From contig JAWLBL010000026.1 in the NCBI GenBank assembly GCA_041687695.1, forward strand, positions 1 through 64,000: a DNA stretch of 64,000 bases. Direction: 5' to 3'. This document shows, in pieces, positions 48,135 to 58,486 of this stretch. Position numbers and translations under genes: made by a program. Source of the DNA: Myxococcota bacterium. GTDB taxonomy: Bacteria > Myxococcota_A > UBA9042 > PHBI01 > JAWLBL01. Each line of letters opens with the position of its first letter. Positions within the stretch are counted from its first letter, which is position 1. Under the pieces are notes generated by a model. That model was not told the origin of the DNA, made no database searches, and saw only the letters and a list, made by a program, of their open reading frames with translations.

Positions 48135-49793
48135 ATGCGCGACGAGCACCCAGCCCGCGACCCGGAGTCCGGCCCCTCGTGGCTCGGCCGACTCACGCGC
48201 GCCGAGGCCGAGGTCGCGTGGTACCACGTCCTGTTCGCGCTGTGCACCGTCGCGACGGCCCTGCCGATCTGGGCCGGCCCCGTGCTGCCCTTCCAGGACT
48301 TCGCCGGGAACATGACCTACGCGGTCATCCTGGCCGACAGCGCCGTCGACGGGTCGCTCTATCAGCGGGTCTACGAGACCGGCGGCCCCCTGCTGCCCAA
48401 CGGCCTCGCCTTCTTCACCTGGGCGTGGCTCGGCCCGCTGCTCGGCTTCGTCACGGCCGGCAAGCTCATCCTGACCGCCTACGCGGTCGCCCTGCCGCTG
48501 TCGGTCGACCGCCTCCTCGTCGCCGCCGGCCGCGAGCGCCGCTTCGCCCTGCTCGCCTTCCCGGCCGTCTACAACCTCAGCGCCGTCATGGGCTTCGTCA
48601 GCTACGTGACCGCCCTGCCGCTGGCCCTGTTCGCGGTCGGCCAGGCCATGCGCTTCCACGCCCGCCCCACCTGGCAGCGCGGCGCCCTGGTCGCCGTGTT
48701 GTCGATGCTGACCTTCCTGGGCCACGCCCAGGGTTACCTCGTCCTCGGCGTCATGGCCCTGGCCCTGGTCCTGACCCTGCCGCGCACGTGGCGCCAGTTC
48801 CTGCTCCTGTGCGCCCCCTTCGCCGCCTCGTTGCTGCTGTTTGTGCCCTGGGCCTTCGAGCAGTTCGTCGCCCCGCCCGACCCCTCGGCCCTCGGCGGCG
48901 CCGACCTGCGGCCCTACTACCACCGCCCGGTCGAGCTCTTCGCCCTCCTGGCCAAGTACACCTTCGTCCTGTGGGGCGGCGTCGTCGACGACTGGGTCTT
49001 CCTCGGCTGCGTCGCCGTCGCCCTGGTCGGCTTCGCCTGCCGCCGCGTCGAGCGCCTGCCTGCTTTGGGGCGCAGCCGCTTCGCCATCGAGGCCGTGACC
49101 CTGGCGCTGGTCCTCACCTACCTCGTCGTCCCCGAGCACACCTACGTCCAGGCCGTCATCGGCTCGCGCCTGGTCGTGCTGGCCTTCCTCGTCGGCCTGG
49201 GCTGGCTGGCCCTGCCACGCGCCCCCGCCGCGCGGCTGGGGCTGATGACCGCCATGGCCGCGCTGTCGCTGACCTACGGTCTGAGCGCCGCCTCCGGCGT
49301 CGCCCGCTACAACCGCACCGAGTCCGGCCCCGAGGTCCTCTCCCTGGTCGACTCCGTCCCCGAAGGCGCGCGCCTCGCCGTCTTCCTGCCCTATCGCTCG
49401 AGCGAGGTGACCGACGTCAACGCCCACGAGCACGTCTACGGCTACCACTTCGCCTTCAACCGCGGCCTGGCCTATACGGGCTTCCACAGCTACTACGGCC
49501 GCCACGCCCGCTGGCGCGACGATCGCCGCGTCCCCGGCCACGGCCACGATCCGCTGGGCTTCCTGGGCAGCCCCACCGCCTGCTGGTACGAGTTCGCCCT
49601 GCTGCGCTCCGCCACGCTGCCGCGCTGGCACAAATACGACGACGCCGTGACCTATATGGGCTCGACGCTGAACTACTCGCTGTGGAAGCTCGATCACGCG
49701 CAGCTGCCGGCGTGCCGGCCCCCGTCGACCGACGAACCCATCGAGGACGCGCCGGACGTTGACGCGACCGCCCGCCACGTCACGGGGACCTAG
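48135..49793 (+). CDS. Polytopic membrane protein (possibly GT-C-type glycosyltransferase-like)
   Basis: About 11-13 TM segments, PFQD motif after TM1, C-terminal soluble domain. Confidence 0.7.
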   Translation: MRDEHPARDPESGPSWLGRLTRAEAEVAWYHVLFALCTVATALPIWAGPVLPFQDFAGNMTYAVILADSAVDGSLYQRVYETGGPLLPNGLAFFTWAWLGPLLGFVTAGKLILTAYAVALPLSVDRLLVAAGRERRFALLAFPAVYNLSAVMGFVSYVTALPLALFAVGQAMRFHARPTWQRGALVAVLSMLTFLGHAQGYLVLGVMALALVLTLPRTWRQFLLLCAPFAASLLLFVPWAFEQFVAPPDPSALGGADLRPYYHRPVELFALLAKYTFVLWGGVVDDWVFLGCVAVALVGFACRRVERLPALGRSRFAIEAVTLALVLTYLVVPEHTYVQAVIGSRLVVLAFLVGLGWLALPRAPAARLGLMTAMAALSLTYGLSAASGVARYNRTESGPEVLSLVDSVPEGARLAVFLPYRSSEVTDVNAHEHVYGYHFAFNRGLAYTGFHSYYGRHARWRDDRRVPGHGHDPLGFLGSPTACWYEFALLRSATLPRWHKYDDAVTYMGSTLNYSLWKLDHAQLPACRPPSTDEPIEDAPDVDATARHVTGT

Positions 49794-49829
49794 TCGCCTC
49801 GGGCCGCTACACCGGCTACAGTGCCGTGC

Positions 49830-51626
49830 ATGCCGTACCGCGCCGCTCGCTTCATCCTGGCAGCCCTGCTCACGCTCGGCGCCTGCGCCCAGGACCCCGC
49901 CACCGGGCCCGCCTTGGTCCCGCTCGACGCCGCCGACTTCGACGGGGGCCCGCGGGACGACGGGGCCTCCACCGAGGTCGCCTCGTCCGACGTTGCCAGC
50001 GAAGGCGACGGTGCGGCCGCGCCCGCCGATCCCGCAGCGGCGTTGTACGCGCGCGACCGGATCGTCCAGGTCGCCATCGAGCTGGCGCCCGCGGCCTGGG
50101 ACACCTTGCGCGCCCAGGGCCGCACCCTCTTCGACATCCTGGGGCCCGGCTGCCTGGACGCGCCGCAGGCCTCGCCGTTCACCTGGTTCTCCGCCACCGT
50201 CACGGTCGACGGCCAGACCCTGACGCACGTCGGCGTCCGCAAGAAGGGGTTCCTCGGCTCGCTCGACGAGCAGCGGCCTTCGCTCAAGATCGAGTTCGAC
50301 GAGCTCGTCGAGGGTCAGAAGCTGGGCGGCGTCGAGCGGCTGACGCTCAACAACGGCCGCCAGGACCCGAGCCGCCTCGCGACCTGCCTCAGCTACGACG
50401 TGTTCGCGGCGGCCGGCGTGCCCGCGCCCCGCTGCAACTTCGCGCGCGTGACCGTGAACGGGACCGACCTGGGCGTGTACGTCAACGTCGAGCCGGTCAA
50501 AAAGCCGTTGCTACGCCGGCACTTCGGCGAGGACGACGGCGTGCTGTACGAGGGCGCCCTCAGCGACTTCCGCCCCGAGTGGCGTCACACCTTCGATCTG
50601 AAGCAGCCCAAGCCCGCGCCGTCGCCGCCGCCGCTCGACCCGCTGCTCGAGGCGCTGGCCGCGCCCGACGAGGAGCTGCTCGGCGCCCTCGACGCGGTGC
50701 TCGATCTCGACGCCTTCCTCAGCTTCTGGGCCGCCGAGGTCCTCGTCGGCCACTGGGACGGCTACGCCGGCAACGCCAACAACTTCTATGTCTATCGCGC
50801 CACCTCCGACGGTCGGTGGCGATTTCTGCCCTGGGGCGCCGACGCCACGTTCGTCACCCACGAGGATCGCCTCGACGCGCCCGCCAGCGTCATGGCGACC
50901 GGCGCCGTGGCCCACCGGCTGTACCAGCACCCCGAGGGGCGCGCCCTGTACCTGGCTCGTCTCGAGGCGCTGCTCGAGACCGCCTGGCGGCCCGACGAGC
51001 GGGTCGCCGAGATCGACCGCCTCGAGGCGGAGCTGGTCGCCCACGTGCCGGCCGATCGCCGCGCCGAGTTCGCCGTCGCCGTCGCCGCGCGCCGCGCCTG
51101 GGTCCTGGCCCAGCAGGGGCGGGTGCGCGCCGAGCTCGACGCCGGCGGCGTCGCGGGGCCGGCCTCGCTGCGTCCGGCCATCTGCATGCAAGAGGCCGGC
51201 GAGGTCGCCGTGACCTTCGAGACGACCTGGGGCACCGCCCTCGTCGACAACCTCTTCACGACCGGCTCTGGCTCCATGTCGGTCGCGGTCGCCGGCCAGA
51301 GCTGGCCCGTCGCAATGGTCGGCGCCAAGGCCGGGCCGCACCCCGACAAGCCCGGCGTCGGCCTCATCGCCGTGGCCGGTCAGCTCCCCGGCGGCAACGG
51401 GTTCGCCTTCGTCTGGGTCGAGTTTCCCCTCGCCGCCGTCGCCCCCGGCGCAGAAATCCCCTTGGACGGGACCGCGATCCAGGCCGTGTTGATGCACGTC
51501 CTGCCGGGGCAGGAGCCCAAGCTGGTCGGCCTATGTGCCACCGGCAGTCTGTCACTGTCCCAAGTTGGCCTCGGCGACGGCGACCCCATCGTGGGCGCGC
51601 TGGACAGCCCGGTGTGGACCTTCTAG
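49830..51626 (+). CDS. CotH-family kinase lipoprotein
   Basis: LGAC lipobox, VGVRKKG, SLKIEFD, LTLNN..QDPS, GVYVNVE, HWDGY..NANNFYVY, FLPWGAD. Confidence 0.88.
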   Translation: MPYRAARFILAALLTLGACAQDPATGPALVPLDAADFDGGPRDDGASTEVASSDVASEGDGAAAPADPAAALYARDRIVQVAIELAPAAWDTLRAQGRTLFDILGPGCLDAPQASPFTWFSATVTVDGQTLTHVGVRKKGFLGSLDEQRPSLKIEFDELVEGQKLGGVERLTLNNGRQDPSRLATCLSYDVFAAAGVPAPRCNFARVTVNGTDLGVYVNVEPVKKPLLRRHFGEDDGVLYEGALSDFRPEWRHTFDLKQPKPAPSPPPLDPLLEALAAPDEELLGALDAVLDLDAFLSFWAAEVLVGHWDGYAGNANNFYVYRATSDGRWRFLPWGADATFVTHEDRLDAPASVMATGAVAHRLYQHPEGRALYLARLEALLETAWRPDERVAEIDRLEAELVAHVPADRRAEFAVAVAARRAWVLAQQGRVRAELDAGGVAGPASLRPAICMQEAGEVAVTFETTWGTALVDNLFTTGSGSMSVAVAGQSWPVAMVGAKAGPHPDKPGVGLIAVAGQLPGGNGFAFVWVEFPLAAVAPGAEIPLDGTAIQAVLMHVLPGQEPKLVGLCATGSLSLSQVGLGDGDPIVGALDSPVWTF

Positions 51627-51814
51627 CCGGGTCACGTCTGGGGCCGCGCGGTTCCTCTGGGAATGCCCGGTGGCGCCGACCGCTTGTAGACCATTGAGAC
51701 GCCTGGACTTCTGACCGCCCGCGCGCCCCGGCTCGCCCTCCCGGCCACGTCGCGCGCCGCTGGTCCCTCCGCCGGCCTCTCCCCCCTCCCCCCGCTGACC
51801 GAGAGAGTGACGCC

Positions 51815-53752
51815 GTGACGCCGACGGACCGCAACGGACCGCGCGATTCGTCCCCGCAGAGCCCTCAGCAGGGCGGCCCGCGCCGAAGCCGCTGGTCGAC
51901 GCTGATGTGGCTCGCGCTGGGGATCCTGCTATTGGCCTGGGTCTGGGGGCCGCTCAGCGGCGCCCGCGAAGGCGCCCGAATCAGCTACACCGAGTTCCGC
52001 CAACAGCTCGAGCGCGGAAACGTGCAAGAGGTCGTCATCTCGGGCGAGGAGATCGTCGGCGAGCTCGAGACGCCCGCCAATCTGCCCGCCCAGGGCCGCG
52101 CGGCCGACGACCGTCGCTTCGTGACGTATGTGCCCTCCATCGGTGACGAGCAGCTGATGGCGGATCTGCGCGCCCAGAACGTCGAGGTCCACACCGAGCC
52201 CGAGCGCGGCATGAGCTGGCTCTTCCTGCTGCTCAACGTCCTGCCGTTCCTGCTGCTCATCTGGCTGGGCTTTCTGCTCATGAGCCGCATGCGCTCGCAG
52301 GGCCAGAACGTCTTCTCGATGGGCAAGAGCCGCGCCAAGACCTATCAGCCGTCGGCCGAGCGGACCGTGTTCTCGGATGTGGCCGGGTCCGCCGGGGCCA
52401 AGGGCGAGCTCGAGGAGGTCGTCGAGTTCCTGCGCAGCCCGCAGCGATTCCAGAAGCTCGGCGGCGAGATCCCGCGCGGCATCCTGCTGGTCGGCCCGCC
52501 GGGCACCGGCAAGACGCTGCTCGCCCGCGCCGTCGCTGGCGAGGCGAACGTGCCCTTCTACTCCATCACCGGCTCGGACTTCATGGAGATGCTGGTCGGC
52601 GTCGGCGCCTCACGCGTCCGCGACCTCTTCCGCGAGGCCAAGCAGAACGCGCCGGGCATCATCTTCATCGACGAGCTCGACTCCATCGGCCGGCGTCGCG
52701 GCGCCGGCCTCGGCGGCGGCCACGACGAGCGCGAGCAGACGCTCAACCAGCTGCTGAGCGAGATGGACGGCTTCGACACGACCCACGGCGTGCTGGTGAT
52801 GGCGGCGACCAACCGGCCCGACATCCTGGACCCGGCGCTGCTGCGCCCCGGCCGCTTCGACCGCCAGGTCGTCGTGGACCTGCCGACCATGGCCGACCGC
52901 GCGAAGATCCTGGCCATCCACGCGCGCAACAAGCCCATGGCCCCCGACGTGGAGCTCGAGGAGGTCGCGCGCTCGACCCCGGGTTTTTCGGGCGCCGCCC
53001 TGAAGAACCTGCTCAACGAGGCGGCGCTCCTGGCGGCGCGCGGGCACAAGGACATGATCGCTCGCCGCGACATCGACGACGCCCGAGACAAGATCCTGAT
53101 GGGCCTCGAGCGCGAGAACCTCGCCCTGACCGACGAGGAGATCCGCATGCTGGCCTACCACGAGGGCGGCCACGCCCTGCTGGCGGCCATCCTCCCCGAG
53201 GCCGATCCGCTGCACAAGGTGACCATCGTCCCGCGTGGCCGCGCGATGGGCGTCACCGAGCAGCTGCCCGAGCGCGACAAGTACGTCTACTCGCGGGCCT
53301 ACATGCTCGACCGGCTCGCCGTGATGATGGGCGGGCGCGCCGCCGAGGACCTGGTCTTCGACCAGTCGACCAGCGGCGCCGAGAACGATCTGAAGCAGGC
53401 GACCCGCCTCGCCCGCAAGATGGTGATGGACTGGGGCATGTCCGAGCGCCTCGGCCACATGGCGGTGTCGGGCAACACCGAGCACGTCTTCCTCGGCGAG
53501 GATCTCGGCCACACGCGCGAGTACTCCGAGGCGACGGCCCGCGAGATCGACACCGAGGTCAAGGTCATCCTCGAGCAGGCCTACGACCGCGCGCTCCGCC
53601 TGCTCGACCAGCACCGCGTGGGCCTCGACGCCATCGCGGACGCCCTCGTCGAGAGCGAAGTCATCTCTGGAACCAAGGTCTTCGAGCTCCTGGGTCTCGG
53701 TGGCAACGGTGGACGCCCCGAGCCCAGGGAAGCAGCCAGGCGCCTTCAATAG
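51815..53752 (+). CDS. ftsH: ATP-dependent zinc metalloprotease FtsH
   Basis: Two TMs, [31 protein letters not shown]. Confidence 0.97.
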   Translation: MTPTDRNGPRDSSPQSPQQGGPRRSRWSTLMWLALGILLLAWVWGPLSGAREGARISYTEFRQQLERGNVQEVVISGEEIVGELETPANLPAQGRAADDRRFVTYVPSIGDEQLMADLRAQNVEVHTEPERGMSWLFLLLNVLPFLLLIWLGFLLMSRMRSQGQNVFSMGKSRAKTYQPSAERTVFSDVAGSAGAKGELEEVVEFLRSPQRFQKLGGEIPRGILLVGPPGTGKTLLARAVAGEANVPFYSITGSDFMEMLVGVGASRVRDLFREAKQNAPGIIFIDELDSIGRRRGAGLGGGHDEREQTLNQLLSEMDGFDTTHGVLVMAATNRPDILDPALLRPGRFDRQVVVDLPTMADRAKILAIHARNKPMAPDVELEEVARSTPGFSGAALKNLLNEAALLAARGHKDMIARRDIDDARDKILMGLERENLALTDEEIRMLAYHEGGHALLAAILPEADPLHKVTIVPRGRAMGVTEQLPERDKYVYSRAYMLDRLAVMMGGRAAEDLVFDQSTSGAENDLKQATRLARKMVMDWGMSERLGHMAVSGNTEHVFLGEDLGHTREYSEATAREIDTEVKVILEQAYDRALRLLDQHRVGLDAIADALVESEVISGTKVFELLGLGGNGGRPEPREAARRLQ

Positions 53753-53777
53753 ACCGCGTCTGGAGCGAAGTGGGTCC

Positions 53778-53820
53778 GACCCCGGCCGCCCCCCTCGGGA
53801 CGGCGGCCGGGGTCCTTTTC
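53778..53820 (+). terminator. Rho-independent terminator after ftsH
   Basis: GACCCCGGCCGCC...GGCGGCCGGGGTC stem followed by CTTTT. Confidence 0.8.
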
Positions 53821-53882
53821 CGCTTTCGAAAACCGTCCGGTCCCGTGAACCCCGCGCCCCGTTCGCGCGTTGAGGCGCACCG

Positions 53883-54950
53883 ATGACGACGACCATCCTC
53901 ATGTTCGTGGCGGGCCTGGTGCTGCTGGTCGGCGGGGCCGAGGTGCTCATCCGCGGCGCCTCGCGCCTGGCCGGCCGCTTCGGCGTCTCGCCGCTGGTCG
54001 TAGGCCTGACCGTGGTCGCCTTCGGCACCAGCGCGCCCGAGATGGCGGTCACCGTCGGCGCGGCGGCCACCGGGGCGAGCCAGCTGGCCCTGGGCAACGT
54101 GGTCGGCAGCAACATCTTCAACATCTTGTTCGTGCTGGGCCTCGCCGCCCTGTTCGCGCCGCTGATCGTGGCCCGACAGGTGGTGTGGCGAGAGGTCCCC
54201 CTGCTCATCGGGCTGTCCGTGGTCCTCATGGTGATGAGCCTGGACGGCCACATCGGCCGCCTCGAGGGCGCGCTGCTGTTCGGGGGCCTGCTGGTCTACA
54301 CGGCCTGGACGGTGTGGGCCAGCCGCAAGGCGACCGCCGCCGCCGCCGACGACGCCCTGCCGCCTCCCACCGGCAACCCGGCCGTGGACGCCGTCTTCAT
54401 CGTGGTCGGTCTGGCGCTGCTGGTGCTCGGCGCCAAGTGGCTGGTCGACAGCTCCGTCACCTTCGCCCGCGCGCTGGGCGTCAGCGAGCTGGTCATCGGC
54501 CTGACCATCGTCGCCGCCGGCACCTCCCTGCCCGAGGTCGCCGCCTCCGTGGTCGCGACCCTCAAGGGCGAGCGCGACCTGGCCGTCGGCAACGCGGTCG
54601 GCAGCTGCATCTTCAACATCGCCGGCGTGATGGGCCTCGCCGGCCTCGCCTCGCCGGGCGGCGTCCTGGCCCCGGCCGCGACGATCGCCTTCGACCTGCC
54701 GGTGATGCTCGCCACCGCGGTCGCGACCCTGCCCATCATCGCCACCGGCCACCGCATCAACCGCTGGGAGGGCCTGGTCTTTCTGGGCTACTACGCCGCC
54801 TACCTGGCCTACACGGTCCTCGCCGCCCAGCAGCACGACGCCCTGCACGGCTTCACCGACGTGATGCTGTGGTACGTCATGCCCCTGACCGCCCTGACCC
54901 TGGTCGTCGTCCTGCTCGCCGAGGCCCGCAAGTCCCGCATGCGGAGTTGA
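53883..54950 (+). CDS. Calcium/sodium antiporter (YrbG family)
   Basis: GTSAPE...GNVVGSNIFN and GTSLPE...GNAVGSCIFN alpha repeats. Confidence 0.93.
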   Translation: MTTTILMFVAGLVLLVGGAEVLIRGASRLAGRFGVSPLVVGLTVVAFGTSAPEMAVTVGAAATGASQLALGNVVGSNIFNILFVLGLAALFAPLIVARQVVWREVPLLIGLSVVLMVMSLDGHIGRLEGALLFGGLLVYTAWTVWASRKATAAAADDALPPPTGNPAVDAVFIVVGLALLVLGAKWLVDSSVTFARALGVSELVIGLTIVAAGTSLPEVAASVVATLKGERDLAVGNAVGSCIFNIAGVMGLAGLASPGGVLAPAATIAFDLPVMLATAVATLPIIATGHRINRWEGLVFLGYYAAYLAYTVLAAQQHDALHGFTDVMLWYVMPLTALTLVVVLLAEARKSRMRS

Positions 54951-54997
54951 GCTCGCCGCGGAGCTCGTCTGGTGGCGTCGCCTTGGACCGTCCGGTG

Positions 54998-55269
54998 GCG
55001 TCGCCGTGGAGAGCCCCCGCTAGCGGGGGCTCGTTGGATCGGCGCCGCTGGCGGCGCCTGCCATTCCCGCACCTCTGCGAGAGTTCGCGTTCGTGTCTGC
55101 GGAGCGCCCGCGCTCGCGCGGCTCGCTGGTTTGCGGTGCTCGCGTCGCCGTGGAGTGCCCCCGCTGGCGGGGGCTCGTTGGATCGGCGCCGCTGGCGGCG
55201 CCTGCCATTCCCGCACCTCTGCGAGAGTTCGCGTTCGTGTCTACGGAGCGCCCGCGCTCGCGCGGGCTC
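54998..55269 (+). repeat. REP cluster: two ~144-bp direct repeats, each holding two GGAG-footed palindromes
   Basis: REPs start at 55008, 55101, 55152 and 55245; consensus GGAG-nGCCCnCGCTnGCGnGGGCTC. Confidence 0.85.
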
Positions 55270-55271
55270 GG

Positions 55272-55820
55272 TCAGGCGACCCGAAGCGACCCGAAGTCGT
55301 CGGGCACGGCCACATCCTCGATCTTCAACTCGCGCACGATCTTGACCAACTCGGGCCTGGCGCGGTCCAGGAACTCTCTGGCCGAACACCACGGGTACTG
55401 TGCCGCATCCGCCACCAGGCCGTGCCGCACCGGATTGCGCAAGACGTAGGCGAGCCGCGTCAGGAACGCCCGCTCGTCGGCCAGGTAGCGGTCCCAGTAT
55501 TGGTGCCAGACCTGGCGCTTGTCTGCACCGTCGAGCCGGTTGACGTGTCGAGCCGTGACCCCATGCAGGTGATTGATGAAGCGGGCGAGCGTCTTCGGAT
55601 TCTCAGGCGAGTGGCCCACGAAGTGGTAGTGGTCTGGCATGACCGCCCATGCCTCGAGCCGCCAACCGTAGCGGTCGGCGAGCGCTCGGAGCTGCTCGAC
55701 CAGAAACGTTCGTCGGTCGGGGGCCTCGAAGAGCGGCAAGTGGCGATATGTGGCCGAGGTCACGATGTAGGGACCCGGCTGCTCGAGATGGTGGATGGGT
55801 TTGTGCGGCCAGCGGTGCAT
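55272..55820 (-). mobile_element. REP-associated tyrosine transposase (RAYT, HUH Y1 family)
   Basis: YIVT, WAVMPDHYH (HUH), WHQYWDR, YVLRNPVRHGLV..YPWCS; flanked by REPs on both sides. Confidence 0.9.
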
Positions 55821-55901
55821 CTCGGTCCTCCGTGGTGGGTTCGCGCGGAGGGACTGCAGGGAACGGGCCAAGTCGCCATGGCCGTCGTGGTCGGCGCTGC
55901 C

Positions 55902-56116
55902 AGCTTTGCCAACCAGCGAGCCCTCGCGAGCGAGGGCACTCCCGTTGGCCCCGCGAGCTTTGTCCGACAGCGAGCCCTCGCGAGCGAGGGCACTCCGGTT
56001 GGCCCCGCGAGCTTTGCCCGCGAGCGTGCCGTGGCGAGCGAGGGCGCTCCGCGTGCGCCGCGAGCTTTGCCGACCAGCGAGCCCTCGCGAGCGAGGGCAC
56101 TCCGGTTGCCCCCGCG
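55902..56116 (-). repeat. REP cluster: four ~54-bp tandem units, each with one GGAG-footed palindrome on the minus strand
   Basis: AGCTTTG at 55902, 55956, 56010 and 56063; GAGCCCTCGCGAGCGAGGGCACTCC at 55918, 55972 and 56079, degenerate copy near 56026. Confidence 0.88.
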
Positions 56117-56169
56117 ACCACCTCGGAGGGCGCGGAGGCGGGGTTCGAGGACCCCAGAGGATGGGGTCG

Positions 56170-57450
56170 TCAGGCCAGGGCGCGGAGGGCAGCGAGGGCG
56201 AAGTCGACGTCGGCGGGGGTGTTGAGGACGCCGGGGGTCAGGCGGGCGTGGGAGCGCAGGTAGGGGGTGGTCGAGGCGATGACGTTGCGCTCGCGCAGGC
56301 GCGCGACGGTGGCGTCGGCCGACAGGCCGTCGACGTCGAAGCAGACGATGCCCGCGGACAGGCGCGGGTTCATGGGGGTGTGGAGGCGGACATGGCCCAT
56401 CTTGGACAGGCCCTCCTTGAGCTGGGTCGCCAGGGATCGGATGTGGGCGGCGACGTCTGCCTTGCCCAGCTCGCGTTGGAGGTCGAAGGCCTGGGCGAGG
56501 GCCCAGCGGTGCTCGAAGGCGTGGAAGCCGCCGGGGGTCATGCGCCCGCCCCAGCCGTCCCAGAAGGTGAAGGTCGGGATGATGGGCTCGAGCTGGCCGT
56601 GGGCGCGCGGGTGACCCCACAGGATGCCGGTGCCGCGGGGGCCCAGCAGCCACTTGTGGGTGCCGGCCATCAGGAAGTCGACGCCGAGGTCGGTGACGTC
56701 GAAGTCCTCGACCCCGACGGCATGCACGGCGTCCAGGGCGATGATCGGCGCGCCGCCCGAGCTGCGCAGCGCCTCGGTGATCTCGCGGATGGGCAGCTTG
56801 AGGCCGGTGTCCGACTGGACCCAGGTCAGCGCGAGGACGCGGGTGGCGGGGCGGATCTCGCGCCGGAGCCCGTCGACCAGCTCGCCCGCGGACACCCGCG
56901 ACAGGTCGGCGTAGTGCGGCACCCGGCGCACCGTCGCGCCCGAGCGGGCGGCGCGCAGCTTCAGCGCCTCGTGGGTCGAGTAGTAGTCGTGGTCGGTCGT
57001 CAGCAGCTCGTCGCCCGGACCGACCTTCAGGCCGCCATACACCAGGCCGATGCCCATCGTCGTGCTGTCGGTCAGCGCGTACTGCTCGGGCGCGCCGCCG
57101 AGGTAGCGCGCGGCGGCCCGGCGCACGGCCTGGTCGGCCTCTCGGTTCGTCCCGTTGACGTAGCCGGCCGGGTTGCGGTCCAGCCCGTCGCGGTGCTCGG
57201 CGATGGCCTGGGCCACCGGGTCGGGGTGGGTCGCGATGAGCAGCCCGGCCATGTGGACCACGTCCGGGTCCTGCCGCGTCAGCCGCCGCGCCCGCGCGGC
57301 CGGCCCGCCGTTACGGGAGGCCGGAGCGTCGGTCGACGGGTCGGGCGGCTCGGGGGCGGGCTCGGCGCCGTCGTCGTCTCGACGGCATCCGGCCAGGGCG
57401 CCGGCCGTCAGCAGGGCGCTGGCGCGGGTCAGGAAGTCGCGGCGGTGCAT
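56170..57450 (-). CDS. Tat-exported class V PLP-dependent enzyme (PvdN-like), probable lipoprotein
   Basis: MHRRDFL Tat motif with LAGC lipobox; DAVH, GTHKWLLGPRGTG (PLP lysine). Confidence 0.85.
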   Translation of the reverse strand: MHRRDFLTRASALLTAGALAGCRRDDDGAEPAPEPPDPSTDAPASRNGGPAARARRLTRQDPDVVHMAGLLIATHPDPVAQAIAEHRDGLDRNPAGYVNGTNREADQAVRRAAARYLGGAPEQYALTDSTTMGIGLVYGGLKVGPGDELLTTDHDYYSTHEALKLRAARSGATVRRVPHYADLSRVSAGELVDGLRREIRPATRVLALTWVQSDTGLKLPIREITEALRSSGGAPIIALDAVHAVGVEDFDVTDLGVDFLMAGTHKWLLGPRGTGILWGHPRAHGQLEPIIPTFTFWDGWGGRMTPGGFHAFEHRWALAQAFDLQRELGKADVAAHIRSLATQLKEGLSKMGHVRLHTPMNPRLSAGIVCFDVDGLSADATVARLRERNVIASTTPYLRSHARLTPGVLNTPADVDFALAALRALA

Positions 57451-57526
57451 GCCTTCAGTCTGCGGCCGGCGCGCCGGAGTGGCCAGCGGCAGGCTGGCAC
57501 GGCGATCGGGCAGACGCCGCGAGCCG

Positions 57527-58348
57527 TCAGGCGGCGAGGGCCTCGCGGTCGGCGTCGTGCTCGGCGGCCGGGTCGATGCGCAAGAACCGCGAGAGGTAGT
57601 GGACGCCCAGATAGAACAGGGGCGTGTCGAGGAGGGCGAAGGCGAGCTTGAAGAGGTAGGACGACAGGATGAACGTCACCAGCTGGCCGGCGAGCGGGGC
57701 CGCGGGGTCGATGGGCAGCGCGCCGGCGAAGTAGTGGGTGATGAGGATGACGGCCGTCGAGTCGACCAGCTGCGAGGCGAGGGTCGAGGCGTTGTTGCGC
57801 AGCCACAGGTGGCGGCCGCGGGTCAGACGCTTCCAGAAGTGGAAGAGATAGACGTCGCAGAACTGCGCGGCGAGGTAGGCCATCATCGAGGCCGTGACGG
57901 CGCCGAAGGCCAGGGCGCGGACCTCGAAGAAGACCGGCGGGCGGCCGGCGGCGTCGAGGACCAGCGCGCCGGTGGCGGGGTCGACGGCCTCGAAGCCGGG
58001 CAGGGCGCCGCCGAGCCACATGACGAACATCACCCAGACGTTGAGCATCAGCCCGACCCAGACGACCGCGTTGGCGCGGGCGCGGCCGTACAGCTCGCTG
58101 ATGAAGTCGGTGCACAGGAAGGTGATCGGATAGGGCAGGACCCCGATCGCCACGACCATCGGGATCTCGAGCCCGAACAGCGAGAACGACAGGTCGACGA
58201 AGCGGCTGATGCCCAGGATGTTGAGCATCGTCAGGCTGCCCAGGAACAGCCCGGCCAGCACCAGGAAGACGCGCTCGCGGCGCGCGTGCAGGTGGGAGGC
58301 CTCGATGGGGTGCAGGGCGGGGGGCGGGCGGCGATCGGGCGATGACAT
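57527..58348 (-). CDS. Queuosine precursor transporter (YhhQ/VUT family)
   Basis: YPITFLCTDFISELYG, AYLAAQFCDV, HLWLRNNASTLASQLVDS, LLDTP. Confidence 0.92.
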   Translation of the reverse strand: MSSPDRRPPPALHPIEASHLHARRERVFLVLAGLFLGSLTMLNILGISRFVDLSFSLFGLEIPMVVAIGVLPYPITFLCTDFISELYGRARANAVVWVGLMLNVWVMFVMWLGGALPGFEAVDPATGALVLDAAGRPPVFFEVRALAFGAVTASMMAYLAAQFCDVYLFHFWKRLTRGRHLWLRNNASTLASQLVDSTAVILITHYFAGALPIDPAAPLAGQLVTFILSSYLFKLAFALLDTPLFYLGVHYLSRFLRIDPAAEHDADREALAA

Positions 58349-58486
58349 GGGCCGCAGATTAGGTGCAAACCCGCGATTTTCGAAAAGAGAACGACCCCCA
58401 CGCGCGGCCAGGAGGCGGGAGCCGGCGTGGGGGTCGTGGGGGGTCGCGCCGCGGGGACGGCGCGGGGGGAGGCGCCGTGAGGGGGA

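Noticed and set aside
54998..56116. Possible CRISPR array
   Set aside because: The sequences between the palindromes are themselves repeated rather than unique spacers, there are no cas genes, and a RAYT sits in the middle; these are REPs.
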